Assembly (NCBI GenBank): GCA_973851085.1
Contig: OZ316776.1
Location: 10,168,001-10,232,000, forward strand
Reading direction: 5' to 3'
DNA: 64,000 nt
Origin: Ptychomitrium polyphyllum
Lineage: Eukaryota
This document shows positions 13,488 to 24,917 of this stretch, in pieces (positions within the stretch are counted from its first letter, which is position 1; each line of letters begins with the position of its first letter). The notes under the pieces are model-generated. The model did not search any database and was not told where the DNA came from. It saw only the letters and a program-made list of their open reading frames with translations. Both the position numbers and the translations under genes were made by a program.

Positions 13488-14893
13488 TATATCATGGTTG
13501 GATTAAATAATCAACAATTTCTTTAAACTTTTGAATAATAACTTAAAATATTAAATAATGGAAAGTACATAATTGCTTCTTTTCTTCCAATTGATGAAAA
13601 TATGATTTTTTTAAATGTTTAAAGAATTATATTATACATCAATCAATACCAATTGAAGAGTCATTAAATCTTCTCTTATAAAAAAATTGCCTTTGTTATT
13701 AACAAATATAATAAAAACATTGTCAAAAGAGCTTGCACTTCTTGATTTATTTGTATGTTTCCATTTAGAACTTGAAAATTATGCAATATCTCATATTCAA
13801 AAGGTGCATATTGAATTATTAGAATTAAGAGAACGCTTTTAATGTGAAGGTTTGCATCCATTTGATTTGTTGAAGCAAATCATTGATGATCAAAGTTTAT
13901 CAATTCAAAAAAACTAAGCCACTTGTAGAACATTTGTGTAAAAGAAAATACTAATGTCTATATTTTTCCATTAGACATTGTATTAATAGAATGAATAAGG
14001 TGCAAGGAATCAAATTACAAATTCTACTTGAATTTTGAGAGGAATGGCAAACAAATTTTGTGGATTATATGTTTTAATGATGATTGTCTTATCTTTGCAT
14101 TAGCAAGAAGACTTTGCTTAACACAATTCATATAGAAGTTGTTTTACAATATGGAAGTTTTTATGGAACTTTGCAACCTCTAAATTGTTGATTTTATGGA
14201 CTAGACTAGCTTGACATGAAAAAAAAGATTCAAAGTTAGAAGGTACTACTTAGCTTTTATATAATATGGAACGTTCACAATCTGTTTTCAATATTTGACT
14301 ATTGCCACTAGTGTAAGAAAAAACAAGCAATATGAAGAATCTTCTTTAATAGCAATACAAAAATTGGCAACAACTTGGTTCTTTTAAAACTAGCATACAA
14401 CAAGATTGTGTTCTTTTGTAGACACATTGTTCTATACCTAAACATAGAGCTAAAATCCATGTTGCAACTAATCCATTATTTATAATGATAAAGGCCACTT
14501 CTATGCAATTGGAAGTATTAAATTGATTTCCGATTTCTAGTAATAATGTTGGTTATCCACATTGAAAAGCTTGACTCAAAAAGGTGGCAAGGCAACAAAA
14601 TTGAATATGTCCCCTCTATATTCATTTTAAATGTGTGAAATTTGCATTTTCTCTCGATTTATTACATCGAAAGATCATAGCCGCTTTCTTTTGAGTAAAC
14701 TTCTCTCATCCGACCTTTTAAAAGTTTTTATTCATTATCTTTTATTTCATTTGAGTGGGTTGGGCCCTACTACAAGTCCTCCACAACTGTCTCGCTGTAT
14801 TGCAGATGGGTGCTATAGTTGAAACAGTGAGGACGGTTACAGCATGGAGGCATATCCTTAAGGTAGGGGGGCCTATTCCCAACAGTTCAACAC

Positions 14894-14969
14894 GGATCCG
14901 TTCTCTATGCATGTGACTAATTTAAAACATGGGATCCGTTCTGTACGCATATCACTAATTTACAGCATG
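14894..14969. repeat. 38-bp tandem duplication upstream of copy 5
   Basis: GGATCCGTTCTCTATGCATGTGACTAATTTAAAACATG followed by GGATCCGTTCTGTACGCATATCACTAATTTACAGCATG. Confidence 0.85.
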
Positions 14970-16089
14970 CAGGGGCAACCGCCCTCGAATTACGTGCAGT
15001 TATAATCGATGGGAATTCACTCTCTGTTTACAAAGTTACTTCCAACTGCTGCCAGTGAGACTCAAGTGATAATTCAAGAAGGGAGTAGATTCAGACACAC
15101 TTCTAGCAAAAGTAACAACTCATGCACTGGGTACATCTGTATCAGCGCTGTTGCAGCCTGTTGCGATGTACTGAGGCAGGCCGATGGACGGCTCTTGCTT
15201 CAGCACACCTACTCAAGTATTTGAAAACAAGATTTGATTACCCCTTCACGCACCCCCAAGAATGGAAGAACCATAATTAAATATGGCAAGTGGGTCATAC
15301 AGCTTGATTATAGAATTGCTAATCAGAAGGGGAGGACCAGTTCGAAGCCAGGTGACGTCACCACGCTTCCTCAGCAGATCATCCACAGTGAAAATGCATG
15401 CCGGTTGCTCCAGGTTGTGTGCTCCTGCATGCCAAGCATAGAAAGAATCAATATGAATCATGACCAGCTCCCAACAGTCGCTTGCTTCTCAAGAGAAATG
15501 AGTCGGTGCATTCACCAGATCATTTCATTTTGCGGACTAGATTCACCACTTTCAAGTGAACTGCAGTTGAAACTACAAGTAGTCTGTACTCGGGTCAAGT
15601 TGGGGGCATCTCCTTTGAACATAAATCCGGCAACTGACATGAGCGCCCCGAGAGTGCTCAATAATTGCCCAATCCATCTTACACTTCCCCCATTTTATGC
15701 ACCAGTCTCACCTTGGAAGTTGGAAGAGAGTCGAGTAATTTCGAAGCTGAAGTCTTCCGTTAGGAGCTCTAGGACGTGGCAAAGAGTTCGGCAAATTTTT
15801 TCCAACTTTTGTATCACCAAGATCGTAATACAATGTCCAGTTCTAGCTGCAAAAGAAACTTTTAATGATTGTTGAAAGGCCCACTTAAAGTTTGTGGGGT
15901 GTAGAACTGCTTTAGTGCGTGAAACGCAACTTGTGTGGGCACTACAGTGCTATTGGAGTAGTACGTGTCCAGTGTATCCTAATTCGGTTAGGTGGTTCGA
16001 CAAGGAAATTGATTTACCATGTTTCACAGGGAGTTGGAGCCACTTGTGTTCGCCGTACGGTTTTTTTAAATTGTTAGAAGCTTATCCCG

Positions 16090-16254
16090 ATGCCGAGGAC
16101 TGGCCTTGGGTGGCAACTGGACAACGAGGTTCTGTCGCTCATGTTCAAGGCCTACGTTTTGTCCCTTGTCCTCGTCGCCGTCGTTTTATGGTGGACTGCA
16201 AGCGACTCCTGGCTGCATCTTGTGGACCATGTGTTCAGTGGATTTGTGATTTGA
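16090..16254 (+). CDS. Small membrane microprotein, family copy 5 (54 aa; below the ORF-track cutoff)
   Basis: Hand translation: MPRTGLGWQLDNEVLSLMFKAYVLSLVLVAVVLWWTASDSWLHLVDHVFSGFVI*. It is closest to copy 2 (GW near the N-terminus, WTASD.W). Confidence 0.78.
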   Translation: MPRTGLGWQLDNEVLSLMFKAYVLSLVLVAVVLWWTASDSWLHLVDHVFSGFVI

Positions 16255-17380
16255 TTGGCTTTTTAAGGTTGACAAGTTCAATCATCTCAACATGCAATGA
16301 TGAAGTCTCATTTGGAGCGGGGGGTGAAAACTGAGGCATATCTGGAAGCATTGGCTCACTTCCTCCTTACTAGCTCTAATACTCTCAGCATGCCAGGAGC
16401 ATTAGAGACTTAGAACTGCAGCATCAACGATGCTCGGATCCTAGCATGACCAAGTGAGAGATTATTTGAGATAGTCCAAGCGACGGTGTTTACAGATTGA
16501 TCGAGCTGTACATAGAAGATTTGGGATTCTTTAAGCTACAAGAGTAGTGAAATTATATCAAATGATTGAGCTGTGAATGTAGAGTATCTCTATGTCGTGT
16601 ATCTGATAAGCATCGCTATCACGGAAAACATGTTTCAACGGAGTCAGTTCTTTTACTCGACATCATTGTAACATTTGCAGTGCGCAAACCCATGGTTTGA
16701 CCTGAGAAACGTTGGTTGCAGGAACACTGACCAAAACCCTAATTCCAGTCCCCAGCAAACTGAATCTATTAGGTGAATCGCTGGTCATTTAAATACATCA
16801 ACCCAGTAACCAAGGTCATAAGCGTACGCTGGAGGTTCAGGCACTAATGATAAAGCTAGACTTTGACAAATGTCGGAAAGCAACCAGGTTGTCGTTCAGG
16901 ACTCGTGATGAAGACCATGGAAAGCAAGGAAGACTACATCCCATTGGTAACAGACTTCGAGTTTAAAAGGTGTCGACGTCGCTTCCACTCCTCATGTTAG
17001 GGTCGTTATTTTACTCTGCCATGACTGACAAATATTAATTTTAGCGTAGGAGTCGACAAGATAGCCCATTTTCAATACTGAAGGTGGCTTATCTGATCGT
17101 ATGCATTGTCCCTGTTTAACAACAAGGAGGCCACAGTCAGCAAAAACTACCAATATTAAGCAGATACCACATATTGTCACATTTGATATCTCCCTCAATT
17201 TCAAATGTCTGATAGACAAGTCCTTGAAGATTGGAAGATTCCTGTTGTAAAATTGGTGAAGTTGACAAAATTTCGTTACAAACAAATTGATACCTAAACC
17301 TGGAAACATGCGGTGGGGCATCAATCCATTAGAAGGCTTTAGTTCATGAGAGATTGTTGTACCTAACCAAACTATTACCT

Positions 17381-18690
17381 CTACCTTCTCCCTCTGAAAA
17401 TCACACGGCTAGTCTTCTTCGCAGCTGAGGCAGACGTGCGTCCGCCACCCAGTTCCTTAAATGGCATGCCCATCAATTCAAGAAGCTTAAGCCCTTCAGA
17501 GTCGATCTTTGCGGCAGTGACGATGCAGATGTCCATTCCTGGCTGCTTGTCGATGTTCTCAACCTCGATTTCAGGGAACACACTAATCTCGGGAAGATCC
17601 AGGGTGTAGTTGCCTCTTCCGTTGAAGCTGAGGGTTTACTCTCTGAAAATCCTAAGAACGTGGGAGTGCCAAGTTCAGTCGTCTGCTCAAGAACGAGTAT
17701 ATTATCTGCATTTGGTCGCAAACTATTAAATTGATATATTTCCTGGCAATTCTAATGCCTTATCCATATGTGATACGAAAGGGAAAATTGAACCTATAGG
17801 CAGAATTTATGTGACATTCATAAAGCAACACATTCTAGAAATGCGTCACAATCCCAGAATTCAGAATGATTGACAGTTAGACGCACTATATCCCAACTTG
17901 GGACCAAGCTTCTAGAATCACTGGACGCATTGTGACAAGTGCAATCCTTCTGCACAATTGAAGTGCTGAAAATTTCAAGGACTCTTGTTGTGGAACTTCC
18001 TCATCGGCATAAGGCCTAGTTTGGGAAACTGAATATCATCCAGCAAGTGAAATCCAGAAACATTTCCTGGTTCGAGTAAGAAATGTACATCTCCACGCAA
18101 TGTGAGCGTGACGCCGACGGGACTCCCTTCCGGAGCTTGAAACCCGCAATAGCCTTCCTCGAGCGAGTCACCAGGGCAATGTCCCGAATTGTCCCTTCTA
18201 AAGCTTCAGCATTCTGCGACGCCACTCCTACACCACAATTCACAATGAGCTTCTTCACTTGCGGAATCTGCAAAGCAAGCCCCAACAACAAACACCCAAT
18301 GCCATAACGTCAACTCACCAAATCCCCCCAAACCCCGAGAAAAACGGCGAAATCTACTGCAAATAAACCCTAGACTGCCATGTAAGAGAAAATCCAAAAC
18401 AGGACGCACCCACCTCGAACTGTAGCCATACTTAAACTCCTCCTGCAAGCCAGGCACCACATTCTCCTGGTAAATCCCTGCAACCGCTGCGCAGTCCTCT
18501 CCTCCGTCGGATCCTCCACCGCCACGGCACCGAAAGCACTCACCGCCACCACCCTACGGCACAGCCGTCTGGAAACTCCAACCGCCACGACCGCAACACG
18601 CCTGCTGCCTATCAACGACGAACCGCCGCCGCCGCTGCTGCTACTGCTGGGCAGCAAGGTGGCCGTGGCGGCAGCGGCAGTGCACTCCAT
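17381..18690 (-). pseudogene. RPL5: Unprocessed pseudogene of nuclear-encoded plastid ribosomal protein L5 (uL5c)
   Basis: Has a transit-peptide-like N-terminus followed by [46 protein letters not shown] and GMDICIVT...LLELMGMPF. Two introns are retained. There are frameshifts near 18477, 18120 and 17630, an in-frame TAG at 17652-17654, and loss of the GQxPV segment. Confidence 0.88.
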
Positions 18691-19843
18691 TGTGCTCCGG
18701 AATCTCTGACATAGACCAAGTTTGCTCCGCAGATTGGATGTCGGTGTCGACGTCGACGTCGACGTCTGGTCGCGCGTGACAGCGGTGGCCACGGAGCGGA
18801 ATTGCGAGAACCTGCGGTTACAAGAGGCGCACGGTCGTGGGGACCTTATCTGCACATGAAGTGGGGTTTAAGTGCTGCACTCATGTAGAGCCCTAGGTTT
18901 AATCTATCATGTATAAGGTTCAAAGATCACTAAGAACAAGATTAAGTATAAACTTTTCAGAGTAGGAAGTTCCTAACATTCTCAACAGGGTGATAGTTTT
19001 ATTATTAGGGCCTAAATCATATAGTAGTAATTGATGTTCCAAAAGTTCACATATTTTTAAATCTTTGAAGCATTTGTTTGTGCAAAAAGATCTATAATGT
19101 AAGACATTAAAATTCATCTAACACTTGAAAAGAATGATTTTTTTGAAAATACATCACTAAATATTATGCGGTATTTTTTCATAAAAAATCAATGTTTTTG
19201 CAACTATATTTTTGGATTATGCATTCTGGAGAATTGTAATCGTTAATATATTTGTGTGTCATATTAATTTGTTAATTGTTATACAAGCTAATTCTCAAAA
19301 TGGTGTATTATGAGTATCCTTCTATTAAAAATTCATTCATAATTCATGTCAAAAAATCTAAACATGAATTTAATGTCATTAAATTTAAGTATATATAAAT
19401 CATAAATTAATCAATATAATTAATATTTTTTTAGATTGTAATTTTTTTTGTTATAAGACACCTAAAAATGTCAACACACTAGCATTAAGGTAAGTTTTAT
19501 AAACATACATCATAAAATGCCAATTATTTAATGTATATTGTACATTTTAATTTTGTCATATTAAAGCAAATACAAGTTAGTTATACATTAATATGGTTAA
19601 ATTTTAATTAAAAAGACTTTAGCTTTAAAAGATATTGTAAAATAAAACATTGACATTTTAGTCTAGTTTTTTAGAAACTATTTTAGACATTTAAATGGAA
19701 GGAAGGAAGGAAAAATAAAATAAAATATGGAGTTTTTAATTATGAGTTATTAATTGACAACTCAAATAAGTAATTTTTTTTAAAAAATAATAATTATGAA
19801 CATAGTATATGATATATAAATAATAACCATCTTAAAGATGGCA

Positions 19844-20923
19844 TGTCACGCACCTCTTCTTGAAGAGTGCCCTCAGCACTAAGGGCATAAGAAAGAGCCT
19901 GGAGTGATGTCCTGGACTTGTGGCATTGATGGTGAGGTGATCCCAGTGGGCCTAGTGTGGGAAAGGACTTCAAAAAAGAGGAACATTCTTGCCCACAAAG
20001 ACTAAAAGCCACAAAGGAGAAGACATAGGAATTGGATGCCTCATGACGAATTGATTTTGCAATCCTAAGGATTGCTTAAATCGGACAAGGGAGCTAGATT
20101 ATATGGAACTCCAAAGTTGGAGTTGTTTTGGACTTTGGCAGTTCTGGACTATAACTGTGTTAAATTGGAACAATGCAAGGAGGTACTTCCTAGGAGTCTA
20201 GAACCTTGGAAGAGGCATATATCCCTAAAAACTAACTCAAATTGGACATTTGAGTTGCTTAATAGATTCAGAGACTAGAAGTGGAAGATATGGAACCGTA
20301 AAAGTCTGTAGAAAGTTCCGGAGGCTCTTAGCGGCTAAGTCCCAAAAAGGATCGGGTGGTCTTCCAAAGTTTTGGATGTGTTGGGGTTTGGCCAGCTATA
20401 GTGGGTTAAGAGGCTTGCCAAATCCCATAGAGAGTACTATAGGGAGAATTGCTTCCCTTCCCTATTCCCATAATGTTCCAGTAGGAACCAAGGGTGAGTC
20501 TAAGTGGGTGGAGCTAGCGTTGGGACTTCATTACAGGAACTTTCATACCATTGTGAGCCAGGGGATAGCTAGTTTTCCGAAAAGAACTTGTGATTTCTAA
20601 AGTGTGCGCAAGTTGTCATTATATTGAAGTGGTATCTTCACGTCGGTAGCATAGTGGCCTAGGGTGATTATGGGATCATATAGGGATCATGATTGGTGGT
20701 GAGGAGACACCATTAAGTGCAGTTAGACCATGTAGAATGGAAGTAACACCAAGTGAGGCCTTGGACATAAATGGAAGTCTACACTTAATCATTGGCTACC
20801 AACCAATTGGATGTCTTAAGATAAATGAATAGGAAGAATTGGAAACCAAGCCTAGGGCTTGAAGAGTAAAAATGGAGGTTAACCATGTGCATGTGGAGGT
20901 GTACAGGGTTGGCATGCGTGACG
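19844..20923. mobile_element. About 1.08-kb solo-LTR-like or non-autonomous element
   Basis: A GC-richer island inside an AT-rich spacer, bounded by TGTCACGCA...TGCGTGACG (8/9 inverted-repeat match). It has no coding capacity and I see no clear TSD. Confidence 0.5.
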
Positions 20924-23481
20924 TTTGTTAAGGTGCATTGCAAAGATTGCAATATAGCATATAATTTTTATTTATTAGCACTTTTGTGTAAAAATTCTAA
21001 TTTCTTTCACACATTATTTTGCTAATAGAATTTCTTTCATCATCTTCAAATCTTCTCTAAAAAAAAATTATGGGTATATTTAAATTTAAGAATTTGTTTT
21101 GGAGTTTTTGGAGTATATAATGGTAAAAGCACTATTTTGAAGTATTAAATGCTGATAAAAAAATGACTCAATGACCCATTGATTGATTTCCACATTTACA
21201 AGAAGCTTAACAAATTAATAATTTTTGAATGTTAAACAACACAAAAACAATCCAAAATTTAAGTACGCAATTTTAAGACTAAAAAGACTTTGAAAAGAAA
21301 GTCATCTTATTAATTGTTTAATTATTTTTTACTCAAAATAGTATATTTTATTAATGATGTCAATATTAATATTTTTTTAAATATTTTTTTTGAGCTGAAT
21401 TTTATAAATGATAAATTAAAAAAGAAAAAAGTATAAGAAAATTAAGTTTTGTTAAGAAATTAATAGTTTCATACTCTTTAGGATGTTGATTAGTAAAAAT
21501 TACTAGGTGATATTAGTAGGTACTTTGTAAGAACCATCCAAAATTATAATTTAGAAGAATAGTTTGGAATTGATGCATACACAAAAGTTGTAAATTTTTA
21601 ATTTTGTAATCTACAAATACGGTTAAATTTGCAATTGATATTATCAACTTTTTAGTATAGAATTTAAATTTAAAATTTAAAATTGTCTTTGAAATTGATT
21701 AAGAAAATTCATTAATGTTTTTTGAATAAAATTTATTAAAGTAGGTTTAAAATAAAACAATCTACATATGATACGATTTCCAAAAAAATATGTAAATATG
21801 TTGTTTAAATATGTAACCTCATTTTTGCAAGGATGCACTAAAAAAAAATTTAAATTACCTTACTTTACATTTGTAATTTTAACAAAATATTATAATACTT
21901 CCAGATCCAATTGTTGAATAAGCTAACAATTTGATGAACTAACTTTCAAAAATGTTTCATATTAAAAATATTTTAAAAAATAAAAATCCAAAGAAGCAAA
22001 ACAATGTCATTTTACCAAATTTAGGTGAATTAAGTATTAAAATATTAATAAATATAAGTATAAGATTTATATAAAGTGGATTATATTATGTACTTAAATA
22101 CTCTATGCCTATACAAACTTATCATAATCATCACATCTGGAAGTAGAAGAACAACAAATATTCCATGAATGATTAAAAGACATACTCAATATATTCCACA
22201 TTTGCATCAAAAAGAAGGTTAACACTACTGCTAAGAATATGTTGTGCTATGTCCATTCTTCTAATAAAAAGGAAACTTGTAAACAACCAACCTCTTTTTA
22301 ATCTTAAAATCTAAAGCCTTGTAGGAGTATAAATAATTCTTTATTAAAGAAAACCATCTTTATTAAGAAAAAACCATTGTAGTATTAGACGACAATTATT
22401 GAAAAATGCATATAAATGGATTGATGTACCTATTGAGCTTTTTAAAAAGCTCACATAATAGTGCAAAGTCAATATAACATTACACCCCTATTCATATGAA
22501 CTCATTTAATTTCAAACTTAAACAAGACATATGTAATATATGCTCATATCCAACAAAAAACTAGATTCATGAGTTGGCAATCATGCCCCATGAACAGATA
22601 CCATCTATATCTTACCAAATTATAATCCAATACAGCATCTAGCACCTAAAACATTTTCACTACACATTCTTTTACCATGTTACTTTTGTCACATGATGTC
22701 TACTTATTGAAAGAAATAAAGGAATAGATCTAATCCACTGGCCTAAGGGATCAGAGACTTGTTCACGCCAGTGGGATGGGTGTTCTTCTTCCTTGTGCCG
22801 GGTGCACCTTGAATACGAAGTGAAGTGGCCAAGTTTTTTAAACGTGGTCAATCCCCCAAGAATTTCTGAAGATGCCCGGATTCAAAAGCGCTCAAACAAA
22901 ACTGCCGACCACCTCTTCTGCAGCAACAGGTGGCCCAACGTGCTCATGACTTGGGAAAGGTGTGAAGAATGTACAACTCCAAAGTTTCCCTGCTCACAGA
23001 AAAGCCATCCAGGTTCAAGTTCCCTTGCACAGAAGTCCTGTCGGTTGAGCTACTGCATTCTAGTGACCATGGACCATGGCATGACCACTTCATGGAATCT
23101 CCTCAGCTTCCTTCCTTGCCCGCTTGCTTGGCTTCCAACTTTTCCATTCAGAGACTTGGTGTGTGAACCACACTGTAGGCATCAGGCAATTTCATCACTT
23201 CAGCCTGGAACATAATTATGGAATAGTTAAGAAGTGATACATCATCTTCTCCAGCACCGAACCGATAGAAATGTGACACGTGGCACTTATATTGAAGAAA
23301 TATTGTAAGACGAAGCTGCCCTTCGCCTAGGGTATGATATGCTGCAACACTTTTGTCATGCATGATGGTGTCCACTAATCTTGTAAGAATTGGGCAAGAG
23401 TTGCAGTTGCAAAAGCTGGAAGGAAATGAACTTCTGGAGTTTGTGTGTCGCTTCTAGATCTGTAAGTTGACGAGATTCAAG

Positions 23482-24917
23482 ATGATGGACCACCTGGATT
23501 GTTTGGGCCGGCTTGAGAGGATGGGCGTGTTTGGGTTGATGGAGGAGGCTGTTAAGCTCATACGCCATAATTTTTATCTGTTCCTCAGCTTTGTTACAAG
23601 CTTTACTATTCCGTGCTCCGTCTTCACAGTCTTCTTGTTGTCCGCAATCAACGTTCACCAACGCTATGTGATTAGTGACTTCATTTCCAAGGTCAGTGCA
23701 TGATCACCATCCCCGAACCATTTGGCACTTAAGTGAATTTCTTACCAGAGGATGTTGATTCCATGATGCGCGAAATCATATGCCTTCAAGTGCTGCACCT
23801 GGATTCGTTTCTCCATTATCATCCTTATGATTTCTTCTTCCCACATTTCTGAGGTAAACCAAGTACTCTTAATCGAGAAAGTCCAGCGCACTCTGTTGCA
23901 TGTTCCATGAGAGGTTTTGGAGCCTAGGGATGAATTTGATGTTTTGGAACAGTGATGCACCGCTTTCCGGGTTGCAAATTCTAATTACTGGAGTATGCGT
24001 CACGGTATTGATAACTGGGTTGCGTCCTGTGTGTCTCTGCGCAGGGAGAGCTGGTCATCTTAGGGTGGAGATTTGAGACCCTGATTTCGCCATTAGGTCT
24101 GAACTTCTTATTCATAATCCTCAACCTTCTACCTGTGGCTTTACTAAACACTGTTGTTTGCACTCGAGGCGTCGTGAGCATTTACAAATACGAAGATTTA
24201 AGAACGTCAATAAAGAGCAGTTTCATTGATCTTCGCTGGGCGGTCTTGAGACTGATTGCCACCCAATGCCTGATATACTGCTTTTTGGTTATCATTCTGG
24301 CGTTTCATCTTTTTCCTGACAGCAGCAGCGTTTCTTCAGCTCCCCCTTCATATGCTGTCAACATAGTCATTATTCTGCGCTGGGTGTTTACTGGTAGCTT
24401 TCTGGTTCTTCTGTATCCACTCCCTACGTCCCAAGTAGCGATATTGGAGTGCAGAAACTATGGGTTGCGAGGAGTTTATCGAGCCATGGAGTTAGCATTT
24501 TCGAAGTTCCTGACAGCATTGGGGCTAGCCTTTTTCTCTTTGTCATACTTCATCCTTCTCAAGCTCCTTGTGGACATCCTGTTGAAGGACTCATACCCGT
24601 TCTGGACAAAGTTTCTGGTTTATCCCCCACTCGTGATTTCAGTTATTGCAACGTTAATCTTTTGGCAAGTTGTGTATACGTTGTTTTACCTCTCCACTAA
24701 TATGCGCGTTAATTTGGACAAGGCTAATCTGGTTCAGCCAGTGATGGAGAACAGGACAACAGAAACTGACATCCATCAGCCTCTTCTAGTAAGTATTCAA
24801 AAGCTCTACTTTGATTCCATCATCAGAGGTTACCAAGTTCGAAGCTTGTTTTATCAAACATCTCTTGCTCAAATAAAAGGACGGTTTGTCAATATGATGT
24901 CAGAGAGTAGCACATGA
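23482..24917 (+). CDS. Plant multi-pass membrane protein of unknown function (resembles the Arabidopsis At5g44860-type family)
   Basis: Exon 1 is 23482-23691 (phase-0 GT donor) and exon 2 starts at 24045 (phase-0 AG acceptor). Family-like motifs are FGLMEEAVKLI, VVSIY...RLIAT and VAILE..YGLRGVYRAMEL. A GTAAGT donor at 24789 could splice to a last exon at 25690-25746. Confidence 0.7.

Noticed and set aside
15234..15875. 213-aa ORF upstream of copy 5
   Set aside because: It has a TTG start and no recognisable domain. It is probably promoter or 5'-UTR sequence.
15894..16334. 146-aa ORF in the track overlapping copy 5
   Set aside because: It has a GTG start, and the conserved family motif is in a different frame (16090-16254).
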